NCBI GenBank assembly: GCA_965219385.1
Contig: CBDCNM010000002.1
Location: 3,482,305-3,546,304, forward strand
Direction of reading: 5' to 3'
DNA: 64,000 nucleotides
Source of the DNA: Candidatus Latescibacterota bacterium
GTDB lineage: Bacteria; Latescibacterota; UBA2968; UBA8231
Part shown: positions 1 through 9,670 of the stretch, in pieces
Layout of the letters: the number at the start of each line of letters is the position of its first letter
Numbering within the stretch: position 1 is the first letter of the stretch
Notes under the pieces: model-generated
Database searches by the model: none
Told to the model about the DNA's origin: nothing
What the model saw: only the letters and a program-made list of their open reading frames with translations
Translations under genes and position numbers: made by a program

Positions 1-712
1 CAATTACTGTAATTTGATTGGGCGCAACGCGGGTCGACGCTATCTTGTCGACCAGCCAGCGGACCAGATACTTGTATCCACGCCACCTGGAAACAAACTC
101 GACGGAATCTTTGAAGGCCGTCTCATACAGCGATACGTACGACGCCCGAACCGTAGCCTCATCCACGACACGCATCAAAAGCGGCCGGGTATGGGAACGA
201 AGATCGGCATTGTAAACATTCAGCCGGTCCGTCGGTAGGGCGCGAATCCTGCCGTTGGAGATGGCCTGTTGCAGAGCCGGGGATAGCCCTTCTCGTTCCA
301 GAGATTCGAGCCAGGACAAATCCTCTTTGGCCAGCAGGGCTCCCACCGGACCTTCGGCCCTATCGGGATCGCATGCAACAACAGAAGATCCGGAAGAAAT
401 CAATCCCCCAAGTATGCGGCTATCGCAGACCGTATTCCCCTCCAAGGCGACAACCTTATCATCGGCTTCTCTCAAACAATTGACCAGATGTCGAAGCGGA
501 TTTTCGGGCCATTCTCGCTGGTGGACGATGATTTCATAACGCGGCCTTAAATCCGCTCGGAATGTCGACCCCACATCCACGCCGGGTCTGGAGACGATCA
601 CCGCCTCATCGATACCCGCATCCGCGCAGGTGCGCACAAGACGCTCCAGCACCGTCATCCCATAAAGGCGCTCTCCAGATCCCGGCTGGGTGGCATCAAT
701 CCATGCTAGCAT
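1..712 (-). CDS. NTP-transferase-like/CDP-alcohol phosphatidyltransferase fusion protein; C-terminus runs off the window
   Basis: Absent from the ORF track because it has no stop in the window. Hand translation from ATG at 712 (just after the 715 stop) reads MLAWIDATQPGSGERLYGMTVLERLVRTCADAGIDEAVIV...VSRWRGYKYLVRWLVDKIASTRVAPNQITVI. G-x-T-V-L-E-R is NTP-transferase-like; the (T/A)PNQIT motif opens CDP-alcohol phosphotransferase domains; same architecture as 7181..8611. Confidence 0.8.
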   Translation of the reverse strand, partial: MLAWIDATQPGSGERLYGMTVLERLVRTCADAGIDEAVIVSRPGVDVGSTFRADLRPRYEIIVHQREWPENPLRHLVNCLREADDKVVALEGNTVCDSRILGGLISSGSSVVACDPDRAEGPVGALLAKEDLSWLESLEREGLSPALQQAISNGRIRALPTDRLNVYNADLRSHTRPLLMRVVDEATVRASYVSLYETAFKDSVEFVSRWRGYKYLVRWLVDKIASTRVAPNQITVI

Positions 713-714
713 TA

Positions 715-1893
715 TCAATCACCTGTCTTTAACATTGAGCTGGCAAAATCCACTATCTTCTCGGCTCGTTTTTCCCAGGTAAATACCCTGGACAATTCCC
801 GGGCATTCAGGGCAATTCGCTCCATCGATGCACGATCGGAAAAAAATGCCCTGATTGCTTCCGAGTTTTCTTGGGGCGAATCGGGCTTGAGCAGAAACGC
901 GGTCTTGCCATGTTGAAGGATTTCAGCGGTATCTTTTATATCGGGCGCGAGTATGGGAACGCCCGAGGCAATATACATATACGTTTTTAAAGGCAGAACC
1001 GTGTTGCCCGCCTCCAATAGCGGTTTGCCGGTGGGAGGTATAATGACGCAATCAGCAGCGAGCAAAAAGGGATAGACCTCGGCGGGCGGGACCCACTCGA
1101 AGATCTCGATATTTTTTATTTCCAGTTTATTGGCCAGTTTTTTCAGCCGGGTTATGTCTTTCTTGTATTTGCCTCCCACCAGAAAAAAGGTAAATTCAGG
1201 GAGGTATCGGGCCATTTCGAGAATCGACTCCATGCCTTTGGATTTGCCGATATTGCCCACATATGATATCACCCTTGAATCTTCGGGAATTTTCAGGGCC
1301 TGTCTCGCTTGTGCTCTATCTAAACTCGCGGGGATCTCAAAGCGCTCTATGCCATTGTGGATGGTCACTATCTTTTCCGGGTTGGCACCCATGGAAACCC
1401 AGTAGTCCCTCGCCAGTTTGGAATGCATAATTACGCCCATAAAATTAGGCTTTTCATTAAGTAAATGAATGATTCTTCTGCTTCTCTCCTCCTCGGCCCT
1501 GTATTTATATGTTTCGTATAAAACCGTCATGTGCCTTGCCAGGCCCATCTTGAGGTGCCAGTAATTCCTCACGCACAAGAAATCATACCCCCGGTCTTTG
1601 ATGATATTCAAAGCCAGATGGGTTAGTGGAAAGCGGTGAATTTTTTTGATCAAAGGCAAGGGCGAAAAAAGTTCTACCACCTTAAAATTGCTCGACAGGC
1701 CATAATACTGTTGCAAGTTTTCCAGCCGACAACTTGCTTTTATTCTAGTGTATTTCCAGGGTATGGGGATAAACAAATGGGCTTCAAGCCCAAATCTCTG
1801 GAGGGCGTCAACCGTCTTTGCCACTTGATTGGTGGCGACGGCGTTGGAAGGAAATATCAGATCTGAATAATAGGCACATTTCAGATGGGTCAT
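715..1893 (-). CDS. Glycosyltransferase family 4 (GT-B)
   Basis: 392 aa; motifs IHNG, YVGNIGKSKG, PLKTYMYIASGVPILAPD are typical of GT4/RfaB-like enzymes. Confidence 0.88.
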   Translation of the reverse strand: MTHLKCAYYSDLIFPSNAVATNQVAKTVDALQRFGLEAHLFIPIPWKYTRIKASCRLENLQQYYGLSSNFKVVELFSPLPLIKKIHRFPLTHLALNIIKDRGYDFLCVRNYWHLKMGLARHMTVLYETYKYRAEEERSRRIIHLLNEKPNFMGVIMHSKLARDYWVSMGANPEKIVTIHNGIERFEIPASLDRAQARQALKIPEDSRVISYVGNIGKSKGMESILEMARYLPEFTFFLVGGKYKKDITRLKKLANKLEIKNIEIFEWVPPAEVYPFLLAADCVIIPPTGKPLLEAGNTVLPLKTYMYIASGVPILAPDIKDTAEILQHGKTAFLLKPDSPQENSEAIRAFFSDRASMERIALNARELSRVFTWEKRAEKIVDFASSMLKTGD

Positions 1894-2086
1894 TATATGG
1901 CCTATCTCGGTGGGGGTGAAAGCGGGGGAATATCGGGCTTTCCAAGGCCGACAGCCGGGCTTAGACAGGCGGCTCCAGAGCTCTGGATGACTTTGCTAAA
2001 TTTTGAAAAATTAAAGCCTTAGGGAATTTACTGTAATCTTTTAGGACTGTCAAACACACCATTGTTTTAAAAAACATAATCCCGCC

Positions 2087-3667
2087 ATGTCCACTACGAC
2101 TGAAAAGACCGATGCCAACTCCAGGATAGACCAGGCCCACCGCGATGTAAAGGACTTGGTCGGGGGCGCCTTGGTCAACCTCGTGGGCAAACTCGGCCGC
2201 CTTTCCAAGACCAGCTTTGCTTTCGTGGTCATGCTGGTCTTTGGGAAAGAGATATTGGGGGCCTACGAACTGGTCTGGGGCATAGTGTCCACCCTGAGCA
2301 AGATCGGACTCTTTGGCCTGCACCGGGGCGCTATGAAATTTATTGTCGAAGCCCGCACTGCCGCCGATGCCGATCGCGAGAGGAAGGCCATATCCGTGTC
2401 CCTGCTTCTCAGTACGGCCGTCGGCCTGGCGCTGGTCGGCCTGACCCTGCCGGCCGCCGAGTGGATCCTTCACATTTTTTTCTACGGCAAGCCAGAGCAT
2501 TGCGGCAATCCGCTTCTGGCCTCCACATTGCGCATCATGATTTGGGCTTTGCCCTTTATCAACGCGGCTATGGTGCTCATCGCTGCTACCCGGGCCCTGC
2601 GCATTATGCGTTATGATGTCTATGTCAGTTCCATCGTCGGTCCCCTGTTTTTGCTGTTGGGCGCCCTTATCGCCGGTTTTATGGATTGGGGGCTGGAGGG
2701 CCTGGCCATGACCCAGTGGCTTTCGAGCACCGGTATGTGCCTGCTCGCCCTGTACTATTTCCAGCAACACTTCTCTCTGGGCGCGAGCCTGCGAAGGCTG
2801 CGAGAGCGTCTACCCTGGAAAGCCATGGCCGGCTTCTCGTTTCCCATCATGCTGGGCGAACTCCTCGGTACGCTCCTGTTCAGGTTGGACATCTTTTTGA
2901 TCACGTATTTCCTCGGTCACGAGTCTCTCGAGCCGGTAGCTATCTACTCCATTGTCCGCCGCATAAGCAGCGCCATACAGAAAGTGGCCCAGTCCTTCGA
3001 CCCGATTTTCAGTTCCATCGTGAGCTCTCTTGCGTACCGGGAGCACTATCAACAGATGGGAGCCCGTTTTGCCTCGATTGCCCGCTGGAGCCTGACGATC
3101 AATCTGGCTTTTTTGGGGGTACTGACCCTGATAGGAGATAGAATCCTGGCTCTGCTGGAATCCGATTCGGGCGCCGCCATAGGCACCCTGGTGGTGTTTT
3201 GTCTGGGCATGACGCTTTACGGTATTTTTGTTTCTAGTGAGCCCTTGCTCATAATGTCCGGCCGACAAAATCTGAGCCTGATCAACAATGTGTTCTGGCT
3301 CCTGTTGAATCTGGCCCTGAACTACCTGCTCATACCGCGCTATGGTATCCTGGGCGCCGCCATAGGTACCTCCCTGGCCATGAATCTTATGAACGGAGTG
3401 CGCATGTTACAGGTTTATCTGATTTACGGCTGCCACCCTTTCAGCAAATCGCTGTTCAAACCCCTGATGGCCGCCTTGGGCGGCTTTGCCCTCAGCTGGT
3501 GGCTGTGCGGTCATCTGCCCTTTGCGGCCCTTGCCACTCAGGTCGTTTCCTGTATCTGTTTCCTCGCCACCTATTTATGCCTGCTGCTGGTGCAAGGTCT
3601 GGAGCAGGAGGACCGGATGCTGCTCCACCGGCTGGGAAATCGTCTCGCTACTCTTTTGAGGAAATAG
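2087..3667 (+). CDS. Wzx/MOP-family oligosaccharide flippase
   Basis: 526 aa with about 14 hydrophobic segments; RLDIFLI...AIYSI and LNYLLIPRYGILGAAI (Polysacc_synt_C-like) motifs. Confidence 0.88.
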   Translation: MSTTTEKTDANSRIDQAHRDVKDLVGGALVNLVGKLGRLSKTSFAFVVMLVFGKEILGAYELVWGIVSTLSKIGLFGLHRGAMKFIVEARTAADADRERKAISVSLLLSTAVGLALVGLTLPAAEWILHIFFYGKPEHCGNPLLASTLRIMIWALPFINAAMVLIAATRALRIMRYDVYVSSIVGPLFLLLGALIAGFMDWGLEGLAMTQWLSSTGMCLLALYYFQQHFSLGASLRRLRERLPWKAMAGFSFPIMLGELLGTLLFRLDIFLITYFLGHESLEPVAIYSIVRRISSAIQKVAQSFDPIFSSIVSSLAYREHYQQMGARFASIARWSLTINLAFLGVLTLIGDRILALLESDSGAAIGTLVVFCLGMTLYGIFVSSEPLLIMSGRQNLSLINNVFWLLLNLALNYLLIPRYGILGAAIGTSLAMNLMNGVRMLQVYLIYGCHPFSKSLFKPLMAALGGFALSWWLCGHLPFAALATQVVSCICFLATYLCLLLVQGLEQEDRMLLHRLGNRLATLLRK

Positions 3668-3668
3668 G

Positions 3669-4814
3669 ATGAGTCCCAGGCGAACCGTAGCTCTTTTTCG
3701 CAACAACTTTCTGCCCTATTCACAGACCTTCATCCACGACCAGATACGGCACCACGAAAGATATCAAGTCGTGGTTTTTGCCAGAAAATGGCGCAATAGA
3801 GATCTGTTCCCGGGGCACAATGTGGTTTGTATTGAAATGCACCCCGGCAAAAAACATTACCTGGAGTCGCATCTCTACAAACATTTTCACCGTAGTGCTA
3901 CCTTCGATCGGGCCTTCAAAGAGCATTCATTCGACATCATACACGCCCACTTTGCCTACGACGGCGTCTATGCCGTCCACTTTGCCCGCAAATTCAATAT
4001 CCCTCTGGTCGTCACACTTTATGGCCACGATGTGACGATTCTAATGGGCCGGGAAAAGTTTCGTCCCAAGTACTGGTCTTACTGGCGCAACAAGGATGAA
4101 CTCTTCGAGGCTGTCTCTCTCTTCCTCGCCTGTTCCTCCGAACTCAGAGAGTCCATGATTGCCCTCGGCTGTCCGCAAGAAAAGCTACAGGTCCACCACC
4201 TGGGCATTGATCTGTCGCAGTTTTCGCCCGGCGAACTCAAAGCCCACAAACCTCATCAAGTCGTAATGATGGGGCGCTTCATTGAAAAGAAGGGTTTTAT
4301 CCACGGTCTAGAAGCCTTTGCCAGGATGGTCGAAAAAGGCATCGATGCGGAACTTAACATGGTTGGCGAAGGCCCGCTGCTCGATTCCTACAAAAAGCTC
4401 ATAGAAGAAACCGGCCTAGGCGACAAGGTGCATTTTCCCGGGGTGATAGACTATGGCCAGATCAACGATCTTTTCAGAGAGGCCAGCGTGGTTCTGGCGC
4501 CCAGCGTAGTGGCCCACAACCTGGATCGGGAAGGATTGCCCATGGTCATCATGGAAGCCAGCGCCTGCGGCGTACCCGTCATAGGCAGCATTCACGCGGA
4601 TATCCCCGCGGCCATAGACCATGGTGAGACGGGTTTTCTGGTGCCCGAGCGGGATGTCGAGGGTCTGGCGGAAAGCCTGACGACAATCCTGACGGATGAG
4701 GATTTGCGCCGGCAAATGGGCAAAAATGCCCGGCTAAAAGCAGAAAAACAGTTCGATATTCGCATGCGCAACAAAAAACTCGAAGAGATTTACGACTCCC
4801 TGGCTTTGCCGTGA
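3669..4814 (+). CDS. Glycosyltransferase family 4 (WcaL-like)
   Basis: SQTFI, IIHAHF, GRFIEKKG and DREGLPMVIMEASACGVPVI motifs; starts 2 nt after the flippase stop. Confidence 0.9.
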   Translation: MSPRRTVALFRNNFLPYSQTFIHDQIRHHERYQVVVFARKWRNRDLFPGHNVVCIEMHPGKKHYLESHLYKHFHRSATFDRAFKEHSFDIIHAHFAYDGVYAVHFARKFNIPLVVTLYGHDVTILMGREKFRPKYWSYWRNKDELFEAVSLFLACSSELRESMIALGCPQEKLQVHHLGIDLSQFSPGELKAHKPHQVVMMGRFIEKKGFIHGLEAFARMVEKGIDAELNMVGEGPLLDSYKKLIEETGLGDKVHFPGVIDYGQINDLFREASVVLAPSVVAHNLDREGLPMVIMEASACGVPVIGSIHADIPAAIDHGETGFLVPERDVEGLAESLTTILTDEDLRRQMGKNARLKAEKQFDIRMRNKKLEEIYDSLALP

Positions 4815-5314
4815 GACCGTGCGGGGCTTTTCGTATAGGCTCTTAATTTATTTGCATGTTTCCGGGCAAGGGTCTGAATGACTTCTATAACATAACTGAC
4901 GTCATCATCGCCCAGTTTTGCACTCAGGGGTAAAGAGAAGGTGCGCTCGGTTATTTTCTCGCGTATCGCCAGTGGAGAAACGACCCGAGTTTCGGGATCG
5001 ATATCGGCCAGCACGGGCGTCCCTCCGGCATGTATAATGGCGTTGACCGTGGCGCAAAAGGTCATCGGCGTGGTGATGACCTCGTGCCCAGGCCCCACCC
5101 CAAGTGCTATACAGGCCAGGTGTAAGGCCGCCGTACAGGAACTGAGTGCTATGGCGTACTGGCCATCTACATAGTCTTTAAACTGATTTTCGAACCGGAC
5201 GACTTTAGGTCCCGTGTCTATCCATCCCGACCTGAGGGTCTGGACCACTTCCTAGATCTCGTCCTCTTCGAGCAGGGGCGCCCCAAATACCAGATAATCG
5301 TCTCTTTTTTTCAT
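4790..5314 (-). pseudogene. DegT/DnrJ/EryC1/StrS-family aminotransferase pseudogene (nonsense codon plus large internal deletion)
   Basis: ATG at 5314 reads MKKRDDYLVFGAPLLEEDEI*EVVQTLRSGWIDTGPK with an in-frame TAG at 5252-5254. N-terminal motifs SSCTAALHL and TFCATVNAI are present, then ITERT joins directly to the family C-terminal (L/F)SLPL motif; the PLP-lysine region is missing. Confidence 0.85.
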
Positions 5315-5327
5315 AAGTTTAATCAAA

Positions 5328-6062
5328 TCAATGCTTTAATAGATCGTCTCTGGGTGGGATGATCTCTGCGGCCGCGCACAATGCTTTCTCGTCGTCTATG
5401 TCCATCCAGAAACGATCTCCTATGTCGAAAGGACGGACCTTACCCTGGCCGGCAAGAAGCTTTATGGCACCAGAAAGACTGCTGTCTCCCAGAGTGGAAA
5501 AACAGGTCTCTATGGCTTGGAAAATAACCGGTGAGGATAAAAAAATGCCGGTGTCATAGGCGTTGTAAGATTGAATGCCCTTGCCGATATCGACGATTTT
5601 ACCGTCCCTGGTGAGCACCCTGGTAACATCGTCCAGATCCACCCGTTGATTGGTCTGCAGACCATAATCCACCGCCAGGCGAACCTCTCCTGCCGGCAAG
5701 GGCTCACCCTGCACTTTTCTGAGGATTTCAGCATCAAAAAGGTGGTCCGCCATGAGCAGAATAAAATCCTCGTCCAGCCATTTTCGGGCTTTGAGCACCG
5801 AAAGACCGTTGCCCTTCTCCCATTCTTCGTTTGCCACGGGAGTGATCTGGAGATTGGCTCCTGAAGCAACCTGATTCAGAAAGAGCCTCACCTCTTCACC
5901 ATGGTATCCCGTGACTACATAAAATCGGCTCACACCACTACTTGCAGCCGTCCGGATCACCCGTTCAATGAGAGGGACCCCCAGGAGGGGGACGAGGGGC
6001 TTTGAAAGGCCTCTGGGGGACAATCTGGTCCCTTTACCCGCTGCAATGATGAGGCATTTCAT
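5328..6062 (-). CDS. Sugar/polyol-phosphate cytidylyltransferase, IPCT (inositol-1-phosphate cytidylyltransferase)-like
   Basis: IIAAGKGTRL, KPL, WEKGNGLS, LMADH, DDVTRV, IGK, DTGIF and WMDID match the motif series of IPCT-type NTP transferases. Confidence 0.75.
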   Translation of the reverse strand: MKCLIIAAGKGTRLSPRGLSKPLVPLLGVPLIERVIRTAASSGVSRFYVVTGYHGEEVRLFLNQVASGANLQITPVANEEWEKGNGLSVLKARKWLDEDFILLMADHLFDAEILRKVQGEPLPAGEVRLAVDYGLQTNQRVDLDDVTRVLTRDGKIVDIGKGIQSYNAYDTGIFLSSPVIFQAIETCFSTLGDSSLSGAIKLLAGQGKVRPFDIGDRFWMDIDDEKALCAAAEIIPPRDDLLKH

Positions 6063-6073
6063 GGTCTGTCTCT

Positions 6074-6090
6074 CTTAGAAGGCTTCTTAG
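6074..6090. repeat. Collapsed MITE footprint CTTA-GAAGGCTTC-TTAG
   Basis: 9-bp imperfect palindrome flanked by a TTA direct repeat; matches the termini of the 45991 element and is the reverse complement of the core at 58594. Confidence 0.5.
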
Positions 6091-6235
6091 GTTGCCTACC
6101 CGGGCCCAGGCCCGCTGGTGGTTGTGGCCGACCAGAAGAGAATGTAGGACCAACAAGGTTTGAAATCAAAGTTAAATATGGCTTCACCGCCTGCTCGACT
6201 CCTTCCTGCTTGGCTTTTTCCTCGCTCCAGGGTCA

Positions 6236-6264
6236 TTGACGAAAATCTGCATTATATCTATCTT
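6236..6264 (+). promoter_or_regulatory. Putative sigma70 promoter for the lipid modification/export operon
   Basis: TTGACG-17 nt-TATCTT upstream of 6402. Confidence 0.55.
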
Positions 6265-6401
6265 AGCGGTTTCATAATCTTGCATAGCGTTCTAACCAAG
6301 ATAAAGGGATCATTCCCCCCAACCATCTTCTAGCCTCATACACCCCACTATCCTGGTAGAGGTCTATGGTCCATGCCATCTTTTGAGCCTCATAATAATT
6401 T

Positions 6402-7184
6402 ATGAAAGCCTTGATCCTGGCAGCCGGCCGCGGCCTCAGATTGTGGCCCTATACCGCAAACCTTCCCAAGTGCTTGCTTCGCATCGGGCAAACCTCGATT
6501 CTCGAGCGGCAATTCTACAACCTCGAGCAAGCCGGCATCCACAAGGTCGTTCTGGTCTGTGGTTTTGGCGTCGACCGCATCCGCGACACAGTGGAGACCT
6601 ACCCGGAGAGCTTGCGCATAAAGATCCTCTACAACCCCTTCTATGCTATTTCCGACAATTTGATTTCGCTTTGGGTAGCCCGTTCTGAAATGGATCGGGA
6701 TTTCGTTTTGCTGAACGGTGATAATGTCTTCCACCCGGCCATTGTCCAGCGCCTCCTCCAAACAGAAGAGATCTGCTGTCTGATGGTCGACCGCAAAGCC
6801 TTCTACGACGACGATGATATGAAGTTGCAGCTGCAGGATGGGCGCATCCGCAAGATCGGTAAAACCCTTCCCGCAGCCGCCACGGATGCGGAGTCTATCG
6901 GCATCATGCGGTTCTCCAGCGAGGGGGTGGATCTGATCCGCCAGATGCTCGAGGAAATCGTTCTGGAAAAGATCGCCCTGAGAAGTTATTTCCTCGCTGG
7001 CATTCAGCATCTCATCGACCAGGGCTACCCTGCCACCTACCGCGAAGTAGGTGATCTGCCCTGGGCGGATGTAGACACTCCTGAGGATCTCCACCAGGTT
7101 CGCCATCAGGCCCACCTCTACCAGTCGGACGCCGTGCTCCATCACGAGACTCCCCTCTACGAGAAAACGAAAGGGGTTGCATGA
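6402..7184 (+). CDS. Phosphocholine-cytidylyltransferase (LicC)-family nucleotidyltransferase
   Basis: KALILAAGRGLRL, PKCLL, NPFY..SDNLISL, LNGDNVF, DDMK, ESIG and WADVDTPEDL motifs. Confidence 0.85.
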   Translation: MKALILAAGRGLRLWPYTANLPKCLLRIGQTSILERQFYNLEQAGIHKVVLVCGFGVDRIRDTVETYPESLRIKILYNPFYAISDNLISLWVARSEMDRDFVLLNGDNVFHPAIVQRLLQTEEICCLMVDRKAFYDDDDMKLQLQDGRIRKIGKTLPAAATDAESIGIMRFSSEGVDLIRQMLEEIVLEKIALRSYFLAGIQHLIDQGYPATYREVGDLPWADVDTPEDLHQVRHQAHLYQSDAVLHHETPLYEKTKGVA

Positions 7185-8611
7185 TCCGCCAGGGCATACT
7201 GGCCTTCGAGCCTGTCTCCACAACCTCCCGCCGGGTGGCCGGTCTATCCCTTCTGGAAAGGGGTATTCGCACCATGGCCCGCGCTGGAATTGAACAAATC
7301 CTGGTCATCGTGCCCGCAGGGGGCTCCCCCACCCTCAGTCAAATTACCCGGAATCTGGAAATATCCATCGAATTTGTCACCTGGGGGACAACCCCTCCCC
7401 CATCCTTTGTCCCCCAAGGTGGATTCCTGCTGCTCCTGGGCGATTATGTGCACCACTATTCCTCGCTCCAGGCTCTCCTCGAACGCGACCCGGATGGCCG
7501 CGACCTCGTCGTCCACGCCGCTCCATCTCCCCGGGAGGACAGACCCTTGTACGAGGTTTCCGCCTCTTCCACCTCAGTTGATTTCGCCGAGCTGGAGCGG
7601 GCCGATGGTCGGGCCTGTTCAGGGGCCTTCCTCTGCACTTCCGGCCTGTTCACGCCCGCAGAGCTAACCAGTGCCGAAACGGATCTGTGGACCTTTCTGC
7701 AAGCCCGGGCAGCAGGTCGCCAAATCGCCGTGCAGGAGGCCCCACTGCCCCTTTGGCGTCGAGTCGGGGACCGCCGCAGTGCTCGCGCGGCCAAGAACAT
7801 GCTGTTCAGTCAGGTGACCAAGTCCACCAGTGGCTTTGTATCGCGCTACATCAATGCCCGTATCTCCATCCCTACCAGCAAATTCCTCGTCGAGACCGGC
7901 ATCACCCCTCACATGGTTACCGTGCTTCTGGTCCTCACCACCGGTCTGTCCGCCGCCTACCTCGTAACCCAGGCAACCGATGCCTTCAAGCTGGCCCTGG
8001 CTGGTATCCTGTGGCAATTCGCCGCAATCTTCGACCGCTGCGACGGCGAAATCGCCCGCATCAAGCTATGCGAGTCCAAGTTCGGCGAGTGGTTTGATAC
8101 GGTCACGGACAACATTGCCTATATCTGTGCCTATATCGGCGTGATCATCGGCATACACAGACTGCACCCGGACACCATGCTCTACGTGTACCTGGGAATC
8201 TCGGCCATTACCACCCTGGTATTGATCCTCATCGTCATGTACAGCTACGCCGTGAAGACCGGGAGCGGCAGCCTGCAAAACTACCTGGTGGGTTTTGCCA
8301 GCGTACCGGATAGCGAGAAAAGCCTGGTTTACAAATTCATGGAGCGCTACGCCTTCATAGCCAAACGAGATTTTTTTTCCTTCTTTATCTTTCTCACGGC
8401 CATTTTCAATTGCCTCGAGATCGCCTACTGGTTCGTCATTGCCGGCCTGCATCTACTCGTGGTCGGAGTCTTGATCTCGCAGAACAAAATGGTGCACCGC
8501 CACCGGTCCGCACACCTTGCTGAACCACAGGCCGCTGTTCCATTGCTTGATTCCGTCTCGTCCCCTGCCCCAACCTTTGGAGACGGGGGGGGCCTGGAGG
8601 AAAGGCAATGA
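7181..8611 (+). CDS. NTP-transferase-like/CDP-alcohol phosphatidyltransferase fusion
   Basis: N-terminal VAGLSLLERGI...AGI; complete CDP-AP signature DRCDGEIAR-x8-G-x3-D-x3-D; TPHMVT; several TM helices; ATGA overlap with the previous gene. Confidence 0.9.
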   Translation: MIRQGILAFEPVSTTSRRVAGLSLLERGIRTMARAGIEQILVIVPAGGSPTLSQITRNLEISIEFVTWGTTPPPSFVPQGGFLLLLGDYVHHYSSLQALLERDPDGRDLVVHAAPSPREDRPLYEVSASSTSVDFAELERADGRACSGAFLCTSGLFTPAELTSAETDLWTFLQARAAGRQIAVQEAPLPLWRRVGDRRSARAAKNMLFSQVTKSTSGFVSRYINARISIPTSKFLVETGITPHMVTVLLVLTTGLSAAYLVTQATDAFKLALAGILWQFAAIFDRCDGEIARIKLCESKFGEWFDTVTDNIAYICAYIGVIIGIHRLHPDTMLYVYLGISAITTLVLILIVMYSYAVKTGSGSLQNYLVGFASVPDSEKSLVYKFMERYAFIAKRDFFSFFIFLTAIFNCLEIAYWFVIAGLHLLVVGVLISQNKMVHRHRSAHLAEPQAAVPLLDSVSSPAPTFGDGGGLEERQ

Positions 8612-9669
8612 AATTTTTAAAGCTCGCCATGCCGGGTCTGGGCCTGCTCTTCCTCGGCTACCTCATCGGCAAGATCGGCCCCGATGAAATTGTCCAGCAT
8701 TTTATCCTCCTGAAGTGGTACTTCCCTCTTGTCCTGGCTCTGGCCTGTTCGTGGCATATCACCAATTCGATTGCCTGGAGTTTCGCATTTCCTTCCAGTG
8801 TCTTCCAGCCCCGTTTCCGCACCCTCTTCATGGCCAAACTGGCCGGAGAAGCAGTAAACCAGCTGACCCCTCTGGCCAATATCGGCGGGGAACCCCTGAA
8901 GGCCTATCTCCTCAAGGGCGAGTCACCTGCTTCGCGCGGCCTGGCTTCGGTGGTCATCAACAAAATGGCTCAGGTCATTACCGGCTTGACCTTTGCTGCA
9001 GTCGGCCTCAGCCTCATTGTTCTCTACTGGGAGCTTCCCCGGGCCATCCCCCTTCCCATTCAGATCGGTCTGGGCACGCTCCTGTTGATCGGCGTCCTGC
9101 TCCTCTTGCTGCTGTACAAAAAGCAAAAGCGGCTGTTTTCCTCCCTGCTCGGCCTGTTGGGCAAACTGGGGGTAAAAACCGATGTCCTGGAGACCAGGAT
9201 GGCCAGGGCGGTACGCATAGACGCCAGTATCAGTCAGTTCTACAGAAACCACAAAATCCGCTTTTTCCTGGTCCTGTTCTTTCATGCCATAGGCTGGCTT
9301 CTGGGGGCGGTTGAAACCTTCGTCATCCTGAAGGTCCTGGGAGCCGACATTTCCTTTTCCATAGCCTTTTTGGTAACTTCTCTGGCGATAATCATCAACA
9401 GCCTGTTCTTTTTCATGCCCTCTAATATCGGAGTCCTGGAAGGCGGCCAGGTTTTCCTCTTTATGACCCTGGGCCTCAGCCCGGCTCTGGGCCTGTCCCT
9501 GGGCATCACCAAACGCATGCGCAAAATCTTCTGGATCTTTATCGGCTGGTCCTTCCTAACCCATCTGAGCAGAAAAGCCCTGGAGCGCGATATCCTCGAA
9601 GCCGAGGAGTCTGCCACCGCCTCTGCCGATTCCGACCAGGTTTTAAAGAGGCGCCTCAAATACCGCTAA
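8608..9669 (+). CDS. Lysylphosphatidylglycerol-synthase TM-family flippase-like protein (HpnL/YbhN-like)
   Basis: AGEAVNQLTP..NIGGEPLKAYLL and PSNIGVLEGG motifs; polytopic membrane protein. Confidence 0.85.
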   Translation: MKFLKLAMPGLGLLFLGYLIGKIGPDEIVQHFILLKWYFPLVLALACSWHITNSIAWSFAFPSSVFQPRFRTLFMAKLAGEAVNQLTPLANIGGEPLKAYLLKGESPASRGLASVVINKMAQVITGLTFAAVGLSLIVLYWELPRAIPLPIQIGLGTLLLIGVLLLLLLYKKQKRLFSSLLGLLGKLGVKTDVLETRMARAVRIDASISQFYRNHKIRFFLVLFFHAIGWLLGAVETFVILKVLGADISFSIAFLVTSLAIIINSLFFFMPSNIGVLEGGQVFLFMTLGLSPALGLSLGITKRMRKIFWIFIGWSFLTHLSRKALERDILEAEESATASADSDQVLKRRLKYR

Positions 9670-9670
9670 A

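Noticed and set aside
5252..5254. In-frame TAG as a pyrrolysine or recoded codon
   Set aside because: The same gene has lost its catalytic core, TAG is a normal stop elsewhere (e.g. 3667, 23787), and no pyl genes are seen.
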